The translations under genes were made by a program, and so were the position numbers. 64,000 nucleotides of DNA from the human T2T-CHM13v2.0 reference genome, Homo sapiens: NCBI RefSeq assembly GCF_009914755.1, contig NC_060925.1; one strand, 5' to 3'. Within the stretch, counting starts at the first letter, position 1; each line of letters starts with the position of its first letter. A model generated the notes under the pieces. That model was given only the letters and a program-made list of their open reading frames with translations, had not been told where the DNA came from and ran no database searches. Positions 27,857 through 42,631 of this stretch are shown here, piece by piece.

Positions 27857-28387
27857 CAGGATAATTCTTTTATTATAAGTGTTCTTGTTCCTTTATTCAC
27901 TATTCTGGTTAATGGCACCACCATTTACCCAGTGGCCCTAGGCAGAAAAATATTGAATCTAGAAATTATCCTAGATTCATTTTTCTTCCTTACTGCCTGC
28001 ATTAAATTTTTCAGTCTCTGGGTCCAGGTGGTCAAACTGATACCTTTAATTAGCCAACATTTATTGAGTGCCTAGTAGAGTGGTATAAATAAAAATTGCC
28101 ACCCTTGTAGAGCTTGCATTTTCTTAAATATCAATCATATTTCTCTGATTCTAAGATAAGATTTCTGAGATGGAATGCATTTTACAATAAAGTTTAAAAA
28201 ATACTACACTAAAACTTAGCAAGTTGTGATGCAGTTGTCATTGCCTATACATGCACGGACTTAGTGGAGCTCACAGAAAGTACCTGTTAAACTGTCACTT
28301 CAGTTCATTTATTTGCATTTGGAAGCCTCATATAAAATGAAATTTTAACTGAAATTTGGATCCCTGATTGTTATTTAAAATGTTAAG

Positions 28388-29066
28388 AAATAGCCAGCAA
28401 ACACATAAAAAGATGTTCAGCGTCATTAAAACCATAATGAGATACCACTTTACACCTACTAGCATGGCTATGATTTAAAAAAAAAGTATTGGTGAGGAGG
28501 TTTTTTAAAAAAAAAAACCGTTGGAGAAAATGGAACCCTCCTGTTTTGCTTTCAGTCCTTGGCATATATACCCAAAGGAATAGAAAACAAGTATTCAAGT
28601 ACAAGTACACACATGTTCATAGAGGCATTATTCATAAATGGCCAAAAGGTAGAAACAGCCCAGATGTCCATGAATGGATGAATGCATAAACAAATTGTTT
28701 TATATAATGCAGTGGAATATTATTCAGCCATGAAAAGAAATGAATTCTGATATATGCTACAACATGGATGAACCTCCAAAACATAAGTGAAAGAAGCCAG
28801 ACACAAAAGGTCACATATTATATTATTTCATTTATGAGATATCCAGAATAGATAAATCTATAGTGTCAAGGCAAATTGGTGGTTGCCAGGGGTTAGGGAG
28901 CAGGGGTGAATGGGGAAAAACTGCTTAATGAATAAGGGGGAATAATGGAAGTGTTTTGGAACTTGATAGAGGTCATGATTGCACAAAAATGTGAACCTAC
29001 TAAATGCCACTGATTGTTCACTTTAAAATGGTTAGTTTTGTTTTATAAATTTTATCTCAATAAAGT
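28388..29066 (+). mobile_element. L1MB-type 3' end
   Basis: AACACATAAAAAGATGTTCAGC...ACAACATGGATGAACCTC...AAGAAGCCAGACACAAAAGGTCACATATT...TCAATAAAG. Confidence 0.9.
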
Positions 29067-30524
29067 ATTTTTCAAATATTCCACTGTGCTACAGAATTGA
29101 AATGAAGTTATTGTATGCCCTAAAGTTTACCTGTCATATACTGTTCATTACAAGTAAAAACAGAATAGTCAAATCTCTTTATACAAAACCTAGAATTTCA
29201 GAGTTCAGAGAGATTGTTATGACCTTTTCAAGTGTCATCAAGGAATGTCATTTAGGCACCTGCCGTCTGTTTATCAAAAGCTCGACTTCCAACAGAAGCT
29301 GTATGACTTTTCATGATACATAATTGGGTATAACAGGAGTGTCCACATTCCTTTTCCCCTCAGCAGCTCAAACTACATCAATATGCCACAATCAGGAATC
29401 ATAAGTGATGTCATGCTTTGCAGCTAAGTCATAGAGAACTGGTGGCAGAGTCACAACTTGGCTCAGGATCAAGATCCAGAGCAGTGACTAAGGACTTCAT
29501 GAAGCAGAATCTCCTGCTCTTACTATGGAGGAGGGCCTGGGTCGGCCTCTAGCTGAGAAGGTGCTACACTGGGTCCTCTGTTCTAACTACTGCACTGCCA
29601 CCAGTATGATCCTACTTGTAGGAATACTTTCCCACTGTCACCTGCCAAGTCTCAAACAAGTCTCAGAACTCAGTGAGACTCATAGGCACAGTGAGCCTAT
29701 GTCTCCACACTTTACAGGCCCAGAACCTGATTTCCCCACACCACTCCATCTCTTCTTTGTCCATTGTGGCTGGACAAAGTTGTCTGCCTACTTCCTCTGG
29801 CCAGGTACCCTGAGTGCCTTGTAGCACTCAAGCATGATTTACATCCCTCATTCAAGATAATTTTTCTTCTATTTCCCTTGTTGGAGAGGAAAAAGAAATA
29901 GACATGTGTTTAATATCCAGCACAGAGTATCTCTATACATTTAAAAAATCAAAGCTTTGAATAACCAAATGCAGAACAAACCTCAATATTCCGTGATACC
30001 TCTTGAGATTGTAATATCAATCCTAAAGTATCAAAGAGGTCAAGTTCACCAGCATGGATTTTGAAAAGTAAGGTCCTTATGATGCTCTGCGCTTAACTGT
30101 CAGTGAACAAAAGTGATGGAGAAGATATTTACATAATAGCTTTGGTTTGTTCATAAAATTATATGCCAATTTAGTTTTCAAGGTTTGACTCTTTGCTGGG
30201 CTTGAATAGTGGCTATTTTCTTTGGTATTGTTTTTAACCTGAATCCCTTAAGGCAAGGCATGTACTCTCCAGTTAGGCTATAGAGACCATGGGCCTCCTT
30301 TCCTCTTTTTTAGGTCCATTTACACATTTATGTTTCCTACCTATCCCCTGTAGTCATTTGAGTTTATAATTACTAACATAGACTCAAGTTTTAAAATTAC
30401 ATGTAGTTGTATAGATAACTCACAGTAAGACCAAATCCTTAAATAATGCATACTAAATTCTGGGCACTGTTTAACATGTTTAATCCATAGTAACTAATGG
30501 AAACCTCACAACCCCATCAGGTAG

Positions 30525-30915
30525 TGTGGCCCTCATGGAGGTGCACCATTCAGATCTGCCTTTAAGAGGAAGCTTATGTTTGTTTGCAAGGAGTGCAGTT
30601 AGATGACAGTCTCCAGTTGCAGTGCCTGTAGGCCATGCTTTTGCTGGGCGGTCCTAGCCAATGACTGAACACTCTGGGAGTACTAAGGCCTGGCCATTTC
30701 TGCCCAGTGTGGGAACTCCCCTAATGGGTAATCTTTATTTCAGAGCTCTCCATTAGGTTGGCAGGCCTTTGTCTGATTTGCCTCATAGTCTGAGGCTCTG
30801 TCTCCAATTCTACTTTCTTCACCCTCCTCGCCCCAAAATTTTCACAGCAAACTAATAAATCTCTTGCACTTCTGTCTGTCTCATTGTCTGTTTCTGGGTA
30901 GACCCAACTAATACG
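30525..30915 (+). mobile_element. ERVL solo LTR (LTR16A-like) inserted in an antisense MIR
   Basis: AGCCAATGACTGAAC...GGCCTGGCCATTTCTGCCCAGTGTGGG...AATAAATCTCTTGCAC...GACCCAACT; MIR resumes at ~30916 (CAGATGAAGAAACTGAGGCACAGAGA). Confidence 0.8.
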
Positions 30916-33900
30916 GATAAGTATTATTATTATCCTCCTGTCACAGATGAAGAAACTGAGGCACAGAGAAATGGCTCAAGGTGTCACAGCCAAGTGAGTT
31001 TCAGTGTTCTTCATCATGTTTTTAACCATTATGGTATGTTGCCTTCCCTTTCTGAAGTTCATGTTCATCCAGTTAAGTATCCTTTGTATCCCAGAAACTT
31101 GGCTGGATGCTAGAAGTATATAGATGAATAACATAGCCTTTGATCTCAAGGAGTCCACAATCTTGTGGAGAAAACAAGGAGAATAAGCAGATAGCATCGG
31201 TCTTTGCTCTAAATGCAATGATGAGATATGTGCAGGGTGCCCTGAGAGCCCAGAGGAGGGACCTAATTTGTGTCATTTCTCACTTCTTCTACCTCTGAAT
31301 GGACTACTCTTCCTCCTCTTGTTCCTGTAGCCATGCCATCATATTTATCTGGGATGCCTGTTATGTCTTTGGACCACCCCAAATTGAGTTGGGCATGACT
31401 ATTCTGTATTCTTACAGGAACCCTCTGCACTTACCATACCACACCCACCTTAATTGATATTTCCCAGCCTGTGTCCTGCTTGTCTGTGTGCTCAGTGCTA
31501 CTTCATGCCTGCCTTGGGCCCTGGCCCCTTGAGGAGCTTAGGAAGTGTTTGTTGAATCAATGAATGAGGAGAATCATTTGTTTGCTTGGCCTGTAAGATG
31601 TGAATAGAAAAGAGATTTGAAATAGAATACACAGGAGGGAAAAGGTGGGGGCAGATGAATTCTACCATTCTCTTGAGAGTATCTCACCTTATTTCTCACT
31701 GTCATCAGCAGGTGTGGATTTGGGATGTTTCCATTCCCCTTTAAATTTTTGGTTCAAACATGGACACATGCTTTCTATCTTGCTTCCCGATGATACAAAT
31801 ATGTTAAGCTGAGTTTTTATCCATTAATCCATCCATCCATTCACCCATCCATACTTGTTTGTTAAGTCTACCAACCCATATTTATCTAGTACTCTCATGT
31901 GTCAGGCCCAGTGCCAGGTTCTGTTCACACAGTGGTGAACAAAAAGCACAGTCTCTGTCCTCAAGAAGGTTTCATTCTGGTAGGATAATTGGATTCTAAA
32001 CAAATGTAACCTGAATGTCCTCTAGACCCCTCCAGTTGGATCCTAGGAGAGGTCACTTTAAATATTTCCAGTGGATATATAGTCTTCCACCTACAAAATG
32101 GCACACTGTCAGCCTTGCTCCTTTCTTGTATCTCTCTGGACATCCTCGAGGCCATTTTTTCCATATGAAATAATGCATATTATTAATAGATTCTTGGTAA
32201 TTGAGTAAACGCTTCATACATGGTGAATATTATTTTTATTATTAATGATATTTATATAATGTGTTCTGCTACTTACAGTTTTGCCTTTCTTTTCTTCCGA
32301 TGACTCTTCTCACCATATTTCCTGGTCATTGTCTACTGTTGTTTTGTTTGTTGCTTTAAAGCTGCCTGTACCTTTCTCCTATGCTACTGCCACTGTAGGA
32401 AACACGTACATGTTATATTACCTGATGGTTTTTTAGCTTCCTCTATGGCCACTGTCTCCAGATCTCTGTTCCTATATCAGCATTTGCACTCATCTATTTT
32501 GATAAGCTTATCTCTCTGGCTAACCACCCTCTTTCTGTAAGACCTCTTCGAGCGTTTCCACCATCACTTGGGGACTTTTGCCATTTTTCCTGCTTCCAGA
32601 TCTCAGGTGCTCCTCTCTTCCCAGTTCTTGGTGAAGCATTTTCTTCTTGTCTGGACTGCCTTCATGGTAGTCCCATAGCATTGTGACATGCGACCCTAGT
32701 AACAGAATTATTTCATTCTTTATCACACTGCCTTCCTTTTCTCAGACTGTTAAATGTGGCTTTCAGTTAGAACCTCTTACTGGACCTGGAACCACCAATC
32801 TCATCTAGCTTCAGGCCCACTGTATCAGCCTCTTTCCTCATGTATGGTCTTTTCCCACCCAGGGATTCCTGTTTTCCCTATTTTCAACTGGAAGTGACAT
32901 TTAAACTAAGGAATAAAGGAAAATTAGGAATTATCTAGGGGAAGAGGGAAGGCAGGATTGAGTATGGTACATAGAACAAATGAGGAATCCCAGAGAAGGA
33001 AAAGCTTGTGCCAAGTCCCAGAGGCCAGGAGCAGCATGGGTGTGTAATAGAGAAAGGTGTGCTGAGAAACTGCAGTCATTACAATGTGTCTGGTGTGTCA
33101 TAGAGTGCAAGGGCATAGGTGGCAAGAGGTACCCCTGGGAAGTTAGGTTGTGTTAGATCAAGGTGGGTCTTTCCTGGGTATTGAGAACAGAAAGAAAATA
33201 ATCTGGAAGTGAAACTGGTTGAATTTTCTCAAGTGCAGGTGTTTTATTCTTACCGATTTTTTCCCTGGCCCCTAAGGGCTAGAACACCACCTGCTGACAT
33301 TCTGTATGTATGATGCATGGCTTGCATTGCTTCTTGGCCCTTTTCTCTATCTTTTTTTCTACTCCCTGGACTAGACTAATCTTACTATTCATTTTCTAGA
33401 TCTATTGATTGGCATGACGTGGTAGTTGTTTCAAGTTTCCAGGATCCAGCTATCAGTCCTGCCAACTTCTGGATATGTTGGAACTCTCAGATGAATCTTT
33501 TTTGTCTACATACTAGGAATTGGCCTTGTCCAAAGTCACCAGATTTAAATAGTCACCACATGAATATCTTGAAGATACAGTCACCATGACAACCCAAAAC
33601 AAGAATCATACACCTATGGCAGTGACAGGCTGTGTTCCCACAGAGAATTTCCCATCCTATTATCCCTCCCATGTGAAGGCTTGCTGGATAGATCTAACAT
33701 ACTTTTCTCTCACTCCACTTTGAACTCTGGAATCTGACTGTTTATTCCATTCATTTGACAATTAGTAATACCCTCTTACTTTTCGTCTCTTACTGTTCCT
33801 TTAGCCTTTTGTATATTTCTGTCTTGCATCCCCAAGTGGTGTTGAGTTCCATGAGGGCAGGGAATATGGGTTTAACTGCTTTGAAGCCTCCTCAAGGGCC

Positions 33901-34334
33901 AGTCTTGTGCCTAGAGACATAGGGGATATTTGGTATATGTTCAGTAAGTGGAACTGTCGGCTGGCAATTAAGCCTTAAGGAAGGCATGGAGAACCTGGAG
34001 ACCATTCAGAAGAGTGGCCAGGCAACATGGGTGTTGGCTGTGGAGTTACTAGACTTGGAGTTACAGCCCAACCAGTCTGCTCACCCCCCACCTTTTCCTC
34101 TCACCTCTATAAAACAAAGGTGATGGTGGAAACTTAATGCTTATTGTAAGGATCAAATGAAATAACATATCAACAAATGAAGTCAGTTTTTGCTGTTATT
34201 TATAGAAATGGCCTTTTGAGTTAGAACAATCAGAAGTGAAGGAAAAGGTTAGAACAGATTATACCGGAGAAGACTGGGAAAAGTTCCTATTTGTTGGATT
34301 AAGGAAAAGATGCTCTTTCTTAGATTAAGTGCTG

Positions 34335-34555
34335 CTCTGAGGTTGGACTGCCAGATTTGAATTTCGGTCCCATTGTTTGCTAGCTGTGCAACACTGGAGC
34401 AAGTTAACTTAACCAATGTGCACCTTGATTTTATTATAATCTATAAAATGGGAATAATAATATTTACTGCATAAATTTATTGTGAGAAACAAATGAAATA
34501 ATCAAATAATCCCTGCAAAGTGCTCATTAGCAGAATGCCAGACACATAGTATGTC
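34335..34555 (+). mobile_element. MIR
   Basis: CTAGCTGTGCAACACTGGAGCAAGTTAACTTAAC...CTATAAAATGGGAATAATAAT...TGCCAGACACATAGT. Confidence 0.8.
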
Positions 34556-34585
34556 TCGGGGTGGACTGGTTTATTTATTGTTACT

Positions 34586-35099
34586 TGTATCAGTTACCTA
34601 TTGCTGTATAATTAACCACCTCACATGCAATGGTTTGAAACAGTGAATGTTTATTATTGCTCATGAGTCTACAAGTCAGTTCTTTTTATCTCAGTTGGTC
34701 TTATTCTTATGTTTTAGTCAGCTCTTGGGCAAGAAGGTAGCTCTGCTGATCATGACCAGGTTCTTTCACATGTGTCGGGGTTGAGGGCTATAGGCTATCT
34801 AAGGATGGCCTTGGCTGGGCTCACTGGACTATCTTCCATGTGATCTCTTTTCCTCTAGAAGGAGAACCAGGGCTTGTTCATATGACAGCTGGGCAGGGTA
34901 CCAAGAGAGAGCGAAAGTAAGGAAGAAGTGACACGGTGGAATTTCTACTGCATCCTATTGGCCAAAGCAGATGACAAGACCAGCCCAGATACAGGAGTGG
35001 GGAAAGAGATTACATCTCTTTTAGGAAGATCTGCAAAGTCACATTGCAAAGGGCATAGTTATAGGTAAAGATTGTGCTAGTTTTGCAGTTGATCTACCC
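34586..35099 (-). mobile_element. MaLR solo LTR (MLT1F/G/H-like)
   Basis: TGTATCAGTTACCTATTGCTGTATAA...CATCCTATTGGCCAAAGCAG...CTGCAAAGTCACATTGCAAAGGGCAT. Confidence 0.85.
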
Positions 35100-36534
35100 T
35101 ACCACCCTTACATTCCTTCTAGAAATAAGAGAAACAAATCGTTGTATCATGTTTTACAGATTACAAAGACCTTTTGCCTGTAACCACTGAGTCTTGCAAT
35201 GAGACTGTGAGTTAAGGATGTTTTAGCCTTCATAACATGCTAGATACTATCTTAGGCACATACTTCTTTTGAAACCTTTTTCTTGTCCTTCCAGCACACA
35301 TTGATCGCTAACATTTGAATAGTAAGTTTTCCTACTAATCCTACTGCTTTCCTGATTCTTCAAGGCTTATGTTATTTTCTTTCATCATTTCATGTTCTAC
35401 CCATATGCAGAGAAATTGATACTCCAGCCTAAATCCCCCAGAGCTTTGTTTTTCCATGTCTAACTGCTGTTGGCCAACTCTTCATACTTGTCACATGGCT
35501 GCCTCAAACTCAGCACGTCCAGATGCATAACCAGACATCTTATTATTTTAAAATATAATTAGACTCATAATTTGCAGAGTAAAAAATACTATGAAGATAA
35601 AAAATACATGTAGTAATTGTTTGACTCTTTAAGTCCTGTCTGTATGATTTTTCACCCTCTAAAGTTTTGGATACACTGAAAATGGCTTTCTATAATTAAT
35701 ATTCTTAGGAAAATACTCTCTACACAAAAGCATTTTTTACTCAGCCTTAATCTTAGGTCAGTAGGTAGGGTCCTGAATGCAGATGCCAAAGAGCTTAGGA
35801 AATTTTCAGAGTTTTTATTTAGGGTTTCAGTGGTGCTTCTAAATATAGCATGTCCCATTTTTCCTTTTCCCTCAAACTGTCTCATTGATGTAACATGAAA
35901 CCAAATAGAACAGTGCCGAACAGCTTGAAAGAGTGAATATCATGTGTTGAAAAGGAATATCACAGTATCACCTGGTAAAAATAGCTTGTACCCACAGCAA
36001 GCAGAGATTGGTGCACTCTGGGAGAGTGCATGTTTTTTAAAGGTTTTATTCACTTTCCCCTCCCCAAGAAATTGACAGGTGTTTGCAAAAGCCCTATCAA
36101 GTAAGAGGTTGATGGATTGTAGGAGGTGGGAGGAAAGAACCTTTAAGCTTAGTGGCCAAGTAATTCTTAAAAGGAAGCAACAGAAATGTGGTTAAAATGG
36201 TCCTTTACTTTTCCTTGTCACCAATCAAATATGTTCGTATTCTTGAGGATTGAGGTAGTGATTTGACAAAGTTAAGATTAAGAAGCCTGCAGAGGAACAA
36301 GTAGGGAACCATATCATGTATTTATTCCATTTAACAGGCATTAACCAGGAAACACTCTACCTCAAGTGTCCAGAAGATACAAAGGTGAAATAGACATGGA
36401 TCCTCAAGGAGTTTCCAGCCATGTAGGGAAGATATATGTATGTATATAAATATGCATATAAATACTACCAAGTTGAAAGGGACAGATGTAGTCAGAAAGA
36501 TATAGGTAAACCGATACAGGGTTTGTATGTTCTG

Positions 36535-37230
36535 TCATTTATTTATTCTGACAAAAATTGATTGAGTACCTATTGTATCCAGGCACTGTGATAGGTGCTG
36601 GGGACAAAGTTTACATTCTAGCAGTGCATGTAAATAACAAGCTTATTGTATTAGTCCATTCTCATGCTGCCATAAAGGAGTGCCTGAGACTGGGTAATTT
36701 ATAAAGAAAGAGGTTTAATTGACTCACAGTTCCACATGGCTGTGGAAGCCTCAGGAAACTTACATTCGTGTCAGAAGGCGAAGCACACATGTCCTTCTTC
36801 ACATGATGGCAGGAAGAAGTGCCAAGCAAAAGGTGGAAAAGCCCCTTATAAAACCATCAAATCTCCTGAGAACTCACTCGCTATCACAAGAACAGCAGCA
36901 TGGAGGTAACTGCCGCCATGATTCAGTTACCTCCCACCGGGTCTCTCCCACAACACGTGGGGATTATGGGAACTATAATTCAAGATGAGATTTTGGTGGG
37001 GACATAGCCAAACCAGCCAAACCATATCACTTATAAACCACTAAACAGACAAAATAATGCAGTTTCAGATCATCATTAAGTGCTGTAAGGAAAATAAAGC
37101 AGGTTAAGGGGGATAGGTTAGGGGAACTTGTTTTTCAGTAGGTGGTCAGGGATATGTAGAGATAGGGGTGGCAAATTGAAGATCTTCCTGAAATCTAAGA
37201 CCATGCATAACTAGACATGGGAGAATAAGG
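36535..37230 (-). mobile_element. L2 fragment split by THE1
   Basis: ATTGAGTACCTATTGTATCCAGGCACTGTGATAGGTGCTGGGGACA... resumes ...AAGTGCTGTAAGGAAAATAAAGCAGG. Confidence 0.75.
36647..37029 (-). mobile_element. THE1 solo LTR (MaLR)
   Basis: TGTATTAGTCCATTCTCATGCTGCC...AATTCAAGATGAGATTTTGGTGGGGACATAGCCAAACC...ATATCA; perfect 5-bp TSD CTTAT (36642-36646, 37030-37034). Confidence 0.96.
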
Positions 37231-37542
37231 ATGTCTTCATGCAAGAGCAGTCCACTTTGGTATGGCGGTGGGTGAGAGGGGGTAACAAAGCTCAGAAATG
37301 TAGTGAATCTCCATATTCTAGTATTTTGAAGGATTTTCAAGAGGTAGAAGACAGGACCAAGCTGGGACCAATGGCTGGAGGTTTCAAAAGTGAAAATCTA
37401 TGCTGTCTAGTAGTAGAGTGTAGAAGGGCTTCTGGCACACTGTTGTTAAAGCCTGGTCAACTGCTTATGAACTCCACAGGGGCACAGGAGTGGTGCCTTT
37501 GTCATTGTCAAATCCTTGTCATCTGCCTCAGTGTCTGGCATG

Positions 37543-37712
37543 TAGTAGATGATCAAGGGTTGATTTTTGAACTGCATTTCTGACCGTCACATGTCTGGTT
37601 GTGTGAAATCTGTGGATATTCTAGGATATAGTAGGTGATTAAGAACTGATTTTTGAATTGCATTTCTGAACATCATGACTGGTTGAGTGAAATATACGGA
37701 TAAGTTAAGATG
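37543..37712. repeat. Diverged ~86-bp tandem duplication
   Basis: TGATTTTTGAACTGCATTTCTGA at 37561 and TGATTTTTGAATTGCATTTCTGA at 37647; similarity continues through CTGGTTG.GTGAAAT...GGATA. Confidence 0.88.
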
Positions 37713-39413
37713 GCTATGGATTTAAATGGAAGTCTGCAGATAACATTTTCCAAAAAGAATGATCTATTCTGGTTTCAGCATCCCTGGATGAAATGAATTA
37801 ATAACAACGCTTTACTTAATAGACAGTTTCTCTTTCTAGGATCACAGAGTGGTTTTATTGACCATAGAGCTGTACCTGATTTAAACAGGGTATGGTAACT
37901 GAATTTCATTTATTCCACTTATTCACAAAACATTTATTTATTTTAGAGAGAATAAGTATTTTACCCAGGATTTCACAGGTAGTAATCACTGAGGCCTTGT
38001 GGCTCTAAGTCCATGCTCTTTCTACTACATCCTGCTGTCTTACATGAAACAGATTTTATTTCATTTTATGCATTTCTGTTTATGTATCTCTATGTCATAT
38101 TTTAATTTCTGTAACAGCAGCATCATTTACCAGCTAAGAGGACTGCCTGCTTTGGATGGAGACCTAGCCACTGTGGTGACAAGGACACCTCATTCTCTGT
38201 GAGGTCTTCTGCTTAATGAAGCCCTTCTGGACCTCTCTGGCCTCTATTATTGTCTCCTGTCTCTGATTACCTATAGCATTTGTATACTGCTCCACACCTC
38301 ACACTTAGCTTATTTTCTTGTTAATTCTGGTTGAGTCTTGTCTCCCTAGATGTAGAAAATCCAAAGGCTGTTTTTTAAACCAGAAGCTCCATTGTCCAAC
38401 ACTAGACATGGGTGCCTGTGATCTATTTGTTTGATTTAGAATCATTCATGGCTGAAAGGAAAGTTGAACTCTGGCCCAGAGAAGTTGTTCAATAAATATT
38501 TTTTGGATGCATAGTCTTGGTTCCCCTACAACCTTGCAATTTATTCTTGGCATCATTGTTTTCCGGTGTTCCTCTTAGTGATGTTGTTAACCTCACCATC
38601 CTTGAATCAACGTCTGGGGTTTATCTCTGTAATAATAATAGCAGCTTATTTTTTAGCATTATTACTGCATATAAAGCATCATACTAAGTACTTTATACAA
38701 ATTCTCTTATTAAGCCCTTATCATCACTCTCTGAACCTAGACAGCCTGACCCCAGAACCCACACTCCTCACCTGGGTACTATATTTCCTTTGTAGACCCT
38801 TCTTGTGCTTACCAACTCACAAGGGTTCAGCCCTTATGAATTTCTGGTGAAGGTGTGTTGAAGATATTACCTAAGTATTGTAAACATTTCTAAGTCCTTT
38901 CTATTTTAGTGTCAAGGCTGTTTTTAATATCTTCTATAAAATTCTGTGGTTTCTTTTTCCTCTTAGGTAGATTTGCTAAGTATAGAAGTGTGCAGGGAAT
39001 AGCTAGACTAGCATAGAATTGATATATTTGCCACTCCTGGATTTGCCAGGCAACAGGATTCCTTGTTTTCCTGAGCTTTCTTGACACTGTTAATGGTGTT
39101 GGACATAGAAGGATAATGTGGGATGTAAATAATGAACACTGGAATGAAGTGGATAGCAGTTCTTGGGACAGTGTTTCTAGTTTTTAGGAAATAGAATAAA
39201 ACTTCAAAGGCCAGAGAGGGCTGAAGACTGCATTTATTTTCCTGAATCCTTATTTGGATTCCCACTCATTTATTACTATTTGACAGTGACTTATTGGGGA
39301 TAGGGAGAATGGGGTCCTCTATGGGACTCCCTGCCTCATCATTTTCATTTTCCTTTTAACTACCCTGTGCTTTCATTTGATAGCAAGACTAAAGAACATG
39401 AAAATGCCACCGT

Positions 39414-39765
<352 letters not shown>

Positions 39766-39819
39766 TTAGGCTTCAACTTTTTGCTTTGGAAATACCACAT
39801 ACTCCATAGGACTGTTGGT

Positions 39820-40332
39820 GGAATAAATAAGATCCAAATTCCTAACTGTGGCTTGCAACATCCAGTATTATCTGATCTCAACCTGCCTCTCAGACACTCA
39901 GATCTTGTTGACGCTTGCTCACCCCACTTCAGTCTCACTGGCCCTCTTGCTCTTGTTCCAGGATGTCCAACTGGCTCCTTAGCGCCATCCTGCTATACCT
40001 GCACCTCCAGACCCTCACACGGCTTCCTCCTTCACTTGGCTCAGGCTTCTGCTCTCAAGGACCCCCCCTCAGAACAGTCCTTCTCTCATCTGCAGTCCAG
40101 AAGAGCTCTCCCTCCCTCCATCATTCTGCCTATCCACCTTATCCTGCCTTGTTTTCCTTATACTACTTATTGCTATCTAAAACTATTTTAATTTTTTATT
40201 ACTTGTTTGTGCTACCTTCATTTGAATGTAAACTCTATGAGGGCAAGGATTTTGTCTATCTAGTTTCCTTGTCTCCTCATTACGCCATGGACATAAATGT
40301 GCCTGGCACTATTCATTCCACAAGGAATGTTT
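39820..40332 (+). mobile_element. L2 3' fragment
   Basis: GAATGTAAACTCTATGAGGGCAAGGATTTTGTCT...GTGCCTGGCAC. Confidence 0.8.
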
Positions 40333-41654
40333 AGACTTCCTAATTTCAGCTTTGTAACAACTTTTTTTCTTGAGTCGTGCATCTTTTATTTTTGCAAATG
40401 TAGCCAATAAAACTTAATTTGACAATTTGACTAGCCTCAGAGTCAAATTGAAGTTCATCGTGAATGCAGCTTCCTACTGGACCACATAGCCACATACACA
40501 AAAGATGCCTTTTGTGTAGGAAACATTAGGGGCAGGCCTATCACTAGCAGGTGATTTTGAGAGAAGCAGCTAAGGTAAGATGGAAAGAATTGAATTTGAG
40601 TAAATCAAGAGAACACCAAGAGCTGTATCTGAACATGACGGAAACTGTAACCAAACTGGATGGGCAAGGGGTACCAGAAGCCCTATACTTATAGGGTGAC
40701 TTTGATCAAGTCCTTTTACCTCCTCTGCATTTCAGTTTCCTTGGGTGTAAAATGAGGCCCATAGGTGGAGAAATGGGAGGAGGAGAGGCTCCCTACCACA
40801 TAAGGGTGTTGAAAAACTGTTGAGAGAACATACGTGATAGCAGTCTATATTGAGTAGCACTCACATAAATTGACATAAATGCATATAAAGTGCTTGGCAT
40901 CCAGTAAGTAGTCAACAAATAGTACCTATTACTATTAATATTAACATTATTAAATCACTTGGAAATGATTTGAAGCACTTGTAAAGATTTGGATCTCTTA
41001 CTAGTGTTAATGATTATTTTCTTTGAATTTAAGCAAAATTTCGAATTGTCTTCTGTTCCTGTTTGCATTTATAAGCATGGGAGGGCCCATGAGTGCAGTG
41101 AGTAAGAATCTAGACTCTAGAGTCAAGACAGAAATGGGTTCAAGTCCTGAAGTAAATGAATAAATAAATAAGCAAATTGACTAAAGTTCAAACCTAATCT
41201 TACCCCAAGCAAGCTTTTATTTTCTTTCTCTATCAAATTCCTGTCCATCTTGTGAAGGAGACACTGTGGCCAAAAACTAGGAGCAAGAGAAACTGTAGGC
41301 TGGGTAATTCATGGATGCCTTTTGTACCTCTCTATGAACGTGAACCCCCTGTATTCCTTCTCCAGCAGAGACATGAGCATGCTTTGTCCACACAGCCCCG
41401 CTGGGCCTTCTCACTGTTTTATGAGACAGATACCAAGACACATCAGAGTGGCAGCCCCTCACTGCCATCATCACTGATGAATGACAAAAGTTTGGAAAAG
41501 AAAGAGCTATGGACAAATAACTCTCTCCCTCAAGCTCATCAAGTGGGGACACACATCCTCCTTGTCTCAGTGGTTTCCTGATGTACCTTGAAGGTCCTTC
41601 ACATCTGTGGTCCTTGCAACTGCTGGGAATGACATAAATCATAATCCTGATATA

Positions 41655-41865
41655 AAGATTGATTGAATTCTTGCCAAATGCCAGACATTGTGCTTAATCC
41701 TTTATCTGAATCCTTCTACAGCACTAGGAGTTGTAGGTACTATTATTGTCCTCATTTTTACAGATGAGGAAACTGAAGTTTCAAGAGATGAAATAACTTT
41801 CCCAAGGTACCCCAGTTAAAAAGTAGAAGAGTTAGGCTGTCAATCAAAGTCATCTAACACCAGAG
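41655..41865 (-). mobile_element. MIR
   Basis: GTAGGTACTATTATTGTCCTCATTTTTACAGATGAGGAAACTGAAG. Confidence 0.85.
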
Positions 41866-42586
41866 CTTGTCTGTTTTCTGCCAGACTGTAAACTCTTTGG
41901 GAGGAGAGACAACCCTCTCATTCACCTTTAGTCCCCATCTATACCCAGTTTCACCTCAGTTAGTAGTTATTAAGATGAAATTTTAAAATCTTTTCATGTG
42001 GATGATGCCCTAATGTACCATGAGTGTATCTTGAGTTGCAAGGTAGAAGCTGTCTTCACCTGTGCATTCTACTCAGCCTTTGCACAGACACACAGTCTCC
42101 CTCTAGCCTCATGGTACCAGGGAGTGGAGGGTACATCTCTACAGAGGAAGAAACATTCTGCCAGTCCTTCATAGTAAGTGGTGGAGTTAGGATATAAGCT
42201 GAGGGCCCTCAACTTCATATTTGGCCATTTTCCCTCTTCTGTATCTTTAAACTTTAAAGAAATGTGGAGATTTTGTGGATGGGGACAATGATATTTGACA
42301 AATTCTTTTTTATTATTTTAAAAAATCCTAATTGTGAGGCAAAAGTTATTTTAATCTCTAATACAGGCAAAAATGCTTCATTGATTTTTTTTTTAAAGCA
42401 AAGTAATAAAAACCCATGTCCTTTTTTTTGGAATAAATATTATCACTAGGTGTTGAGGTCTGCAAGATGCTAAATAAGGATTCGAGTAAAATGCTTTGCA
42501 AAACCATTTCAATGCAAAATCAATAATATGCATTAAAATTTATGAAAAATGAATTAAGAAAAAACAACCCCTTACCTTTTAGTGGA

Positions 42587-42631
42587 TACACACACACATG
42601 CACAAACACACACGTACACACACATACACAC
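42587..42631. repeat. Imperfect (CA)n microsatellite
   Basis: ACACACACACATGCACAAACACACACGTACACACACATACACAC. Confidence 0.85.

Noticed and set aside
37840-37889. Possible 50-nt exon (TTTCTCTTTCTAG|...CAGG|GTATGG)
   Set aside because: Weak donor and an extra AG close upstream; indistinguishable from background pseudo-exons
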